A DNA stretch of 60,146 nucleotides from an uncultured Gammaproteobacteria bacterium (GTDB lineage Bacteria > Patescibacteriota > Patescibacteriia > UBA9934). Position 1 is the stretch's first letter, and every line of letters begins with the position of its first letter. The notes under the pieces were generated by a model, which was given only the letters and a program-made list of their open reading frames with translations, was not told where the DNA came from and searched no databases. Position numbers and translations under genes: made by a program. The stretch lies in contig CAYWYQ010000002.1 of NCBI GenBank assembly GCA_964462325.1, positions 3,943 to 64,088 on the forward strand. Reading direction: 5' to 3'. Positions 54,120-60,146 of the stretch are shown here, piece after piece.

Positions 54120-55322
54120 ATGTCTATTGATACAGATCAAAAGAAGATTGAAGAAATACTCAGCCGCGGTGTTGAGGAAATCTATCCAAAGAAAAAAACA
54201 TTGGAAGACCTTCTTTTATCTGGAAAGAAAATACGATTATACGTCGGTGTTGATCCAACAGGGAAGGATTTACATATAGGTCATGCCATTCAATTTCGTA
54301 AATTGAAGCAATTTCAGGAGCTTGGACATGAAGTCATTTTGCTTATTGGTTCATTTACGGCGATGATTGGCGACCCAACGGACAAAGGAGCAGCGCGTAA
54401 ACAACTTACGAAGAAAGAGGTACTGGCAAATGCGGCAACGTATAAAAGACAAGCGGGTAAAATTCTGCGATTCACAGGGAAGAATCCTGTAAAGATCATG
54501 TTTAATGATAAGTGGCTATCAAAAATGAATTTTTCGGATGTATTGGAGCTATCGAGTCATTTTACGGTTCAACAGATGAGTGAACGGGATATGTTTGCAA
54601 AACGTATGCGTGCCGGAAAGCCCGTATATTTACATGAATTTATGTATCCGCTTATGCAAGGGTATGATTCAGTTGCAATGAATGTTGATCTTGAAATAGG
54701 CGGAAATGACCAGATGTTTAATATGCTTGCGGGTCGTACACTGATGAAATCAATGAAAGGGAAGGGAAAGTGTGTCATGACATTACGATTGCTGACAAAT
54801 GATGAAGGAAAGAAGATGAGTAAGTCGGAGGGAGGTTTTGTCGCATTGACAGACAAGTCGGAAGAGATGTATGGAAAAATCATGGCAATGAGTGATGATG
54901 TCATTTTGACCTATTTTGAAATTGCGACAGATGTACCTCTTGATGAAATCGAAGGAATGAAATTGCAGTTAGAGAAAGGTACAAATCCGCGAGACTTAAA
55001 AGCAAGGCTTGCGAGAGAAATTGTTACTATTTTTCATGATGCGGCGTCGGCGGAACAAGCAGAAAAACACTTTGATTCTGTTTTTAGATCCAAAGAGATT
55101 CCAGATGATATGCCGGAATATACATTAAGCGCAGAAATAGGGATTATTGATGCACTTGTTCAGGCGGAATTGGTGAGTTCTAAATCTGAGGCAAGACGCA
55201 TGATTCAGCAGAAGGCGGTGAAGATTGATGGTGTTGTTGTCGAGGATGTAAATATGATTCTTGCTCCGAAGACAGAAATGGTGCTACAAAGAGGAAAACG
55301 AAAATTTGCTCGACTAAAATAA
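54120..55322 (+). CDS. tyrS: tyrosyl-tRNA synthetase
   Basis: DLHIGHA (HIGH), KKMSKSEG and a C-terminal S4 domain. The ATG at 54120 lies 1 nt after the valS stop. Confidence 0.9.
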   Translation: MSIDTDQKKIEEILSRGVEEIYPKKKTLEDLLLSGKKIRLYVGVDPTGKDLHIGHAIQFRKLKQFQELGHEVILLIGSFTAMIGDPTDKGAARKQLTKKEVLANAATYKRQAGKILRFTGKNPVKIMFNDKWLSKMNFSDVLELSSHFTVQQMSERDMFAKRMRAGKPVYLHEFMYPLMQGYDSVAMNVDLEIGGNDQMFNMLAGRTLMKSMKGKGKCVMTLRLLTNDEGKKMSKSEGGFVALTDKSEEMYGKIMAMSDDVILTYFEIATDVPLDEIEGMKLQLEKGTNPRDLKARLAREIVTIFHDAASAEQAEKHFDSVFRSKEIPDDMPEYTLSAEIGIIDALVQAELVSSKSEARRMIQQKAVKIDGVVVEDVNMILAPKTEMVLQRGKRKFARLK

Positions 55323-55355
55323 TGATTTGATATTGCCGTATCGGCATAAAAAACT

Positions 55356-57062
55356 ATGTACGCAATACAACAAGCGAAGCAAGAAGCGGTTGCCGCATTA
55401 AAACGAGCTATTGGAAAAGGATTCAGTATTCATACGGATGATTTAGAGCATCCACCCAATAGAAATATGGGAGATTTAGCCTTTCCATGTTTTATTTTAG
55501 CAAAAGAGCAGGGGAGAAACCCTGCCGAGATTGCAACGGAATTATCGGCAAAGATTGGCGAAAGTAGTCTTATAGAGAAAGCGGTACCACAAGGTCCTTA
55601 TGTAAATTTTTGGTTTAAAAATGATGCACTTACCGGGCAGGTTCTTTCTGAAATCCTTTCAAAAAAAGGGGAGTATGGTCAGTCAGATTTTGGAAAAGGG
55701 AGAAGCGTCCTGGTGGAGTATGCACAACCGAATACGCATAAAGAATTTCATGTAGGACATATACGAAACGCGGTACTTGGTCAGTCTATTGTCAATATGC
55801 TACAAGGAGTTGGATATAAAGTAATTGCTGCTTCCTATATAGGGGATATAGGTGCTCACGTTGCGAAAGCGCTTTGGGGGTATAAAGAGTTTCAGGGCGA
55901 GAAGGAAATTCTAAAAACCGATCGTACAAAACGACTTGGAGAAATTTACACACTCGCAACAAAACAGATTGAAGAACATGAAGAAGATAAAAAAGAGGTG
56001 GACGAAGTGCAGCAAAAATTGGAATCAGGTGATGATGAGTGGACGAAGTTATGGAAAGAAACACGGGAATGGAGCATGGATGAATTCCGAAGGATCTTTA
56101 AAGAACTTCATGTAAAGCCTGACGTTTGGTATTACGAAAGTGAGGTGGAAGGTCCTGGGAAGTTATTGGTAAATAAAATGCTCACGGAAGGTATTGCAAA
56201 GAAAAGTGAAGGCGCAACGATTGTGGATCTTGAAGAGGAAGGACTTGGTGCATTTCTTGTTCTAAAATCAGATGGATCTTCCCTGTATGCAACGAAAGAT
56301 TTGGCACTTGCGATCAAAAAGGAAGAGACCTATGCGCCTGATCGTCAAATTTTTGTCGTTGACACAAGGCAGTCGTACTATTTTAAACAGCTATTTGCGA
56401 CACTGAAACGTATGGGATTCACCAAGAAGTTGACGCATGTTGCCTATGATATGGTGACATTGCCCGAAGGAGCCATGTCTTCACGTAAAGGGAATATTGT
56501 AACCTATGACGCCTTGAGAAACACAATGGTTGATACATTGAAGGAAGAAACAAAGGCTCGTCATGAAGATTGGAAAGAAAGTAAGGTACAAGAAGTCGCG
56601 GAAACGATTGCAGGGGCTTCTATTACTTTTTTTATGTTGCGGCAAGATCCGACAACAGAAATTACGTTTAGCATTGAAGAGGCATTATCTTTTGATGGAT
56701 ATTCGGGTCCTTCGATTCTCTATACTATTGCTCGAATTGAACGCATGAAGAAAAAGGCGGGAGTAAAGCCTAAAGTGCAGGCAGAAATGCTAAGGACTGA
56801 TCTTGAGAAACAATTAATTCGCATGCTTGCAATGTATCCGCAGATTCTTGAAGAGGCGGCACAGGGATTTAAGCCGTCTATAATTGCGCAATGGGCATTT
56901 GATGTTTCAAAGTTATTTGCGGAATATTATCACGCAGAACGTATTATTGATGAAGACGAAAAAGAGTTAACGCAAGCAAAATTAGCATTGGTAGAATCTG
57001 TGAGACAGGTGCTGAATAATGCACTCATAATGCTTGGAATAGTTCCAGCAAAAGAGATGTAG
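55356..57062 (+). CDS. argS: arginyl-tRNA synthetase
   Basis: 568 aa with PNTHKEFHVGHIRN (HIGH) and a DALR-type anticodon-binding C-terminus. Confidence 0.9.
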   Translation: MYAIQQAKQEAVAALKRAIGKGFSIHTDDLEHPPNRNMGDLAFPCFILAKEQGRNPAEIATELSAKIGESSLIEKAVPQGPYVNFWFKNDALTGQVLSEILSKKGEYGQSDFGKGRSVLVEYAQPNTHKEFHVGHIRNAVLGQSIVNMLQGVGYKVIAASYIGDIGAHVAKALWGYKEFQGEKEILKTDRTKRLGEIYTLATKQIEEHEEDKKEVDEVQQKLESGDDEWTKLWKETREWSMDEFRRIFKELHVKPDVWYYESEVEGPGKLLVNKMLTEGIAKKSEGATIVDLEEEGLGAFLVLKSDGSSLYATKDLALAIKKEETYAPDRQIFVVDTRQSYYFKQLFATLKRMGFTKKLTHVAYDMVTLPEGAMSSRKGNIVTYDALRNTMVDTLKEETKARHEDWKESKVQEVAETIAGASITFFMLRQDPTTEITFSIEEALSFDGYSGPSILYTIARIERMKKKAGVKPKVQAEMLRTDLEKQLIRMLAMYPQILEEAAQGFKPSIIAQWAFDVSKLFAEYYHAERIIDEDEKELTQAKLALVESVRQVLNNALIMLGIVPAKEM

Positions 57063-57126
57063 TGTCAACAAGGGCACTTGCGCCCTTGTAATAGGCTCTA
57101 TAACATGAATTTGTAAGAAAAAAACT

Positions 57127-57546
57127 ATGGCTAAGAATAATGGTGAAACGACGGTAATCGCACAGGGGGTGAAAGTGGAGGGGAACTTTGTGTGTGAAGG
57201 AGATATTCATATTGCAGGGGAAGTGGAGGGAATGATTCAATCTCAAGGAGACTTGCAGGTTGGTGAAGGGTCAAAGATTCGGGCAGATATTGTTGTGCAG
57301 AATGCATATGTGGCGGGCGACATTCGGGGGAATATGTTGATATCAGGTCGGCTTGAGTTGACTGAATCGGCAAATATTATTGGGGATGTTTCTGCAGAAG
57401 TACTCTCTATTGCTCCAGGCGCGAAAGTAAATGGGAATATATCAATGGGAGATACGACAGGTGCAGAGGCTGTTGATAAGAATGTAAAAGAAAAGGAAGC
57501 GGACCTTGAAGATGAGGAACAGGAGGATGAGCATCTAAACGTTTAA
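57127..57546 (+). CDS. bactofilin-family cytoskeletal protein
   Basis: 139 aa with repeated beta-helix pattern (V.G...G.I...G.L.V) and an acidic tail. Confidence 0.8.
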   Translation: MAKNNGETTVIAQGVKVEGNFVCEGDIHIAGEVEGMIQSQGDLQVGEGSKIRADIVVQNAYVAGDIRGNMLISGRLELTESANIIGDVSAEVLSIAPGAKVNGNISMGDTTGAEAVDKNVKEKEADLEDEEQEDEHLNV

Positions 57547-57603
57547 TACGAAGTGCTTTTGTTTGAAGGAGAGTGCTGCACTCAAAAAGAATAGCAAAAT
57601 TGC

Positions 57604-58359
57604 ATGTATTATTACGTCTATGACGAGTTCGTTCAAGATCAGAAATATGAACGCGAGCTCGCTAATATTGAAACACGATTAACGGATCTTGGCATAAGCG
57701 GAAAAATCGCCCGGTTAGCTTTATTTCGGGATCCAGAAGAAATGATACGTGACGAGGTGCGCAAAGGGGTAAAAACCGTGATAGCTGTTGGGAATGATGT
57801 CACTTTGCGAAAGGTCATTGATGCGGTTTCAAGCTTGGGAGCGACACTTGGAATTATCCCAATTGGGAAGGAAAGAAATAGTATCGCACGTATTTTGGGT
57901 GTTCCGGCAGGTGTTGCGGCATGTGACACAATTTCTGCGCGCATTGTAGAAGAAATAGATGCAGGAAAGATTAATGGTGCACAATTTTTGCATCAAGTTG
58001 AATTACAGGCACCTGCGGGGGTTCAAATACAGTGTGGAGATGATTTTAAATTATTTATCCCTCGTTTGTCAGAAATTTACTTACGTAATTTAGCAAGCGC
58101 AGCAGGGGAATTTCAGGCATCACATCCGGCTGACGGTAAATTAGAATTGATCATTCGATCGCCGCAAAAAGGGTGGTTCGGTCAAAAGAATTGGAAAACA
58201 AGTTTTCTGCCTGTAAAAAATTTACAGCTAACATGTGAAAAAGAAATGGTTGGCATGGTGGACAATCAACCGATCGGTTCAGATGTGTTCACGGTGTATA
58301 TTCATGAAAAACAAATACGTTTAATCACGGGGAAGGAAAGGAATTTTTCGACGGAATAA
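57604..58359 (+). CDS. diacylglycerol/lipid kinase (or NAD kinase)-like catalytic domain protein
   Basis: VIAVGNDVTLRKVIDA resembles the GGDGT region of DAGK_cat/YegS-like kinases. Divergent. Confidence 0.45.
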   Translation: MYYYVYDEFVQDQKYERELANIETRLTDLGISGKIARLALFRDPEEMIRDEVRKGVKTVIAVGNDVTLRKVIDAVSSLGATLGIIPIGKERNSIARILGVPAGVAACDTISARIVEEIDAGKINGAQFLHQVELQAPAGVQIQCGDDFKLFIPRLSEIYLRNLASAAGEFQASHPADGKLELIIRSPQKGWFGQKNWKTSFLPVKNLQLTCEKEMVGMVDNQPIGSDVFTVYIHEKQIRLITGKERNFSTE

Positions 58360-58379
58360 TCTTCTGCAAAAATAATATC

Positions 58380-59288
58380 ATGGAGAAATTTACGGAAGGA
58401 TGGTTTAAAAAACGCGCCATCGCATCAGTAAAAAAAATTACTGATGGTGTTTTTGATTATTCAGATTCCCTCCTCTTATATATTCCTGGATCTGATAATG
58501 ATTACGAGGAGATACAAAATGATCAAAATGAATATTATTCATTAGTCACAAAACCGGAGCATACATATTTAAAAGTAATAACTCAAAAACTCATTGCATA
58601 TTTACCAAATTACTTTAGGTATATAGATTTAGGACCCGGTTCAGAGCAAAAAGAACAGTATTTTTTTGATGCAATACAGAATCAGGGTAAAAGTTGCATT
58701 TATACACCTGTCGATATTAGTAAAAAATTTATACGAAAAGCAAAACAGTACCAGCAAGAGCAGGGAATACAGGTTCAAGTCTTGCATATTCCGTTTGAAG
58801 AAGTGTCAGATACATTAAAAGATTCAGAAATACCACACTTTGTATCGCTTGGATTAACATATTCAAACTATTTCCCTCAAGAGATATTAAGATTACTTGC
58901 GAATATAGCAGGTGAGGGAGGATATGTTTATGTTACTGCTCAAATTCGTGATCGAATTGATATGGATGCACTTGTCTCCACCTATAAAAAAGACACATTG
59001 TCTATCGTGACTTCAAAAATAAAACTTCTTGATCTTGATCCAGTAAAAGACGTAGAGAATTTTGAAATCGATAATGGAATACGGGTATGGTGTACCTTGA
59101 GAAATATAAATACAAAACTTGCAAACAAAGGAATGAAACCGGGAGACAAGTTACTATTATTCCAATCGATTCGTTCTTCAGTAAATGAATTTGAGAATGA
59201 AATCAGTAAAGCAAGGATAGGGGATTATGTTTTGCTAGATACGAACACAACATTTGTTGGCGCATTGATCAAAGTAGGGGGGAGATGA
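58380..59288 (+). CDS. SAM-dependent methyltransferase, EgtD-like (Methyltransf_33-like)
   Basis: YIDLGPGSEQK ... YTPVDIS pattern. 302 aa. Assignment is tentative. Confidence 0.45.
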   Translation: MEKFTEGWFKKRAIASVKKITDGVFDYSDSLLLYIPGSDNDYEEIQNDQNEYYSLVTKPEHTYLKVITQKLIAYLPNYFRYIDLGPGSEQKEQYFFDAIQNQGKSCIYTPVDISKKFIRKAKQYQQEQGIQVQVLHIPFEEVSDTLKDSEIPHFVSLGLTYSNYFPQEILRLLANIAGEGGYVYVTAQIRDRIDMDALVSTYKKDTLSIVTSKIKLLDLDPVKDVENFEIDNGIRVWCTLRNINTKLANKGMKPGDKLLLFQSIRSSVNEFENEISKARIGDYVLLDTNTTFVGALIKVGGR

Positions 59289-59324
59289 ATAGATCCTACA
59301 TAAAATAGATTCCAGACAAAATTT

Positions 59325-59348
59325 AAAAGCGCACATCGGTACGCTTTT
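59325..59348. terminator. hairpin terminator between convergent genes
   Basis: AAAAGCG-cacatcggta-CGCTTTT. Confidence 0.5.
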
Positions 59349-59356
59349 AGTAGTGG

Positions 59357-59698
59357 TCAATTTGGTCGATTGGCTTTCCGGAACGTAACAGGCCCCGTAC
59401 AGTGCTTCTCCTCTTGTGGTTGCATCATGGTTGCGGCGGGATATATTTTCAAGTATCCCGTTCCGGACTGCGGATAGTATTCTCCGTTTTCTACGAATTG
59501 TTCCTGACCATCAACTTCAACTGTCCCGGTCATACAATTGTTGACCGTATAGCTGTAGACAAAGAAGACAATCTGCCTCTCCTCTCCTCCTTTATGTGAT
59601 ATGTGAAGCACGATGCTGTTTTCATTACTCTCATCCTCACCGAACAGGGCGGCAGCGAGTTCTTTGATGTTTGGGCCTTTCACGATATCGAAGTTCAT
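59357..59698 (-). CDS. hypothetical protein
   Basis: 113-aa ORF, GC-richer than the surroundings. No family recognised. Confidence 0.5.
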   Translation of the reverse strand: MNFDIVKGPNIKELAAALFGEDESNENSIVLHISHKGGEERQIVFFVYSYTVNNCMTGTVEVDGQEQFVENGEYYPQSGTGYLKIYPAATMMQPQEEKHCTGPVTFRKANRPN

Positions 59699-59817
59699 TT
59701 TTCCCTCTCTAGGTTTTGAAACGACAACGACAATAATACTATTTTATAGACCTTTTGTCAATGAAAATATGTGTAAAAACGCTTATATTGGCTAAATATT
59801 TTCAAAAAAACAGAATT

Positions 59818-59872
59818 AAATTGGTTTACTTCAACGCTAAATGAAAAAGACCCAGTCTTGCGACTGCGTCAT
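59818..59872. repeat. 55-nt direct repeat, copy 1 (contains a terminator-like hairpin)
   Basis: aaattggtttacttcaacgctaaatgaaaaagacccagtcttgcgactgcgtcat is identical to 60092-60146. It contains the hairpin GACCCAGTC-ttgc-GACTGCGTC. Confidence 0.85.
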
Positions 59873-60091
59873 TTTCTGGTGGGCGTTGAGGGACTCGCCT
59901 TCACCTCTCGTTTCTGCAGAAGCTCGGGATTCAGGTCCAGGCCTCGTCATGCTCGCTGCTGCTCGCATATCCACTCCATAAGGAACTCTGTTTTTTGATT
60001 TTTACTGGAGTCTTGCACCGCTCGTCACGCTCGCAGCTCACTCCGGCCGCCTGCCTGCCGGCAGGCAGGTTCTCGTCCCACGTAAACCAAG

Positions 60092-60146
60092 AAATTGGTT
60101 TACTTCAACGCTAAATGAAAAAGACCCAGTCTTGCGACTGCGTCAT
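60092..60146. repeat. 55-nt direct repeat, copy 2 (runs to the window edge)
   Basis: Identical to 59818-59872, offset 274 nt. Confidence 0.85.

Noticed and set aside
59873-59900. A tRNA 3' end on the minus strand (tggtgggcgttgagggactcg)
   Set aside because: The would-be T arm has a 12-nt loop and no matching 5' half, so I could not fold a cloverleaf.
1-60146. Genome-wide stop-codon reassignment (TGA as Gly or Trp, or TAG as a sense codon) as the explanation for the in-frame stops at 40862 and 1723
   Set aside because: All long housekeeping ORFs (ileS, valS, argS, rnj and others) are uninterrupted under the standard code, and several genes terminate at TGA or TAG. Only two isolated events are seen.

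Overview
The window looks like a low-GC, gene-dense, small-genome bacterium. By inference it is CPR/Patescibacteria-like: split transketolase, a DUF4012 protein, a Cys-rich protein with a T4SS-pilin-like TM hairpin, many surface proteins of unknown function, and mosaic palindromic intergenic repeats. All long ORFs stay open under the standard code. Supported content: a sugar-phosphate cluster (2-hydroxyacid dehydrogenase, two PfkB kinases, class II FBA, split tkt, rpe, rpiB); five aaRS genes (ileS, trpS, valS, tyrS, argS); ruvA, a FemAB-like gene, a cell-envelope polysaccharide cluster (DUF4012, three GT4, a priming sugar transferase), RNase J, an OppA-like SBP, secG, rplS, two pseudouridine synthases and bactofilin. 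The ORF track misses RNase P RNA (rnpB, minus strand, about 32320-32757), tRNA-Ile(UAU) and tRNA-Val(GAC). Most interesting: (1) a GC-rich, ORF-poor, hairpin-saturated locus of about 1.2 kb (about 11870-13115). It has a duplicated two-hairpin module with compensatory changes, crossing long-range helices and ten back-to-back near-perfect hairpins; I propose a large ornate ncRNA or novel palindrome array, possibly with an embedded hydrophobic small ORF. (2) A 1687-bp methyltransferase plus alpha/alpha-toroid (prenyltransferase/terpene-cyclase-like) cassette, bounded by 70-bp direct repeats that copy the 3' end of a PQ-loop gene, present as a perfect tandem duplication. (3) A second perfect tandem duplication (724 bp) that arose between two look-alike terminator hairpins. 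(4) An identical hairpin element of about 125 nt abutting the CCA end of both tRNAs, plus an orphan copy of the tRNA-Ile 3' end. (5) Single in-frame stop codons (TGA, TAG) in two surface-protein genes. (6) A family of GAGG-TTSAA-CCTC palindromes and other REP-like modules that flank ileS in direct orientation. All functional calls come from motif recognition by eye; no database search was run.
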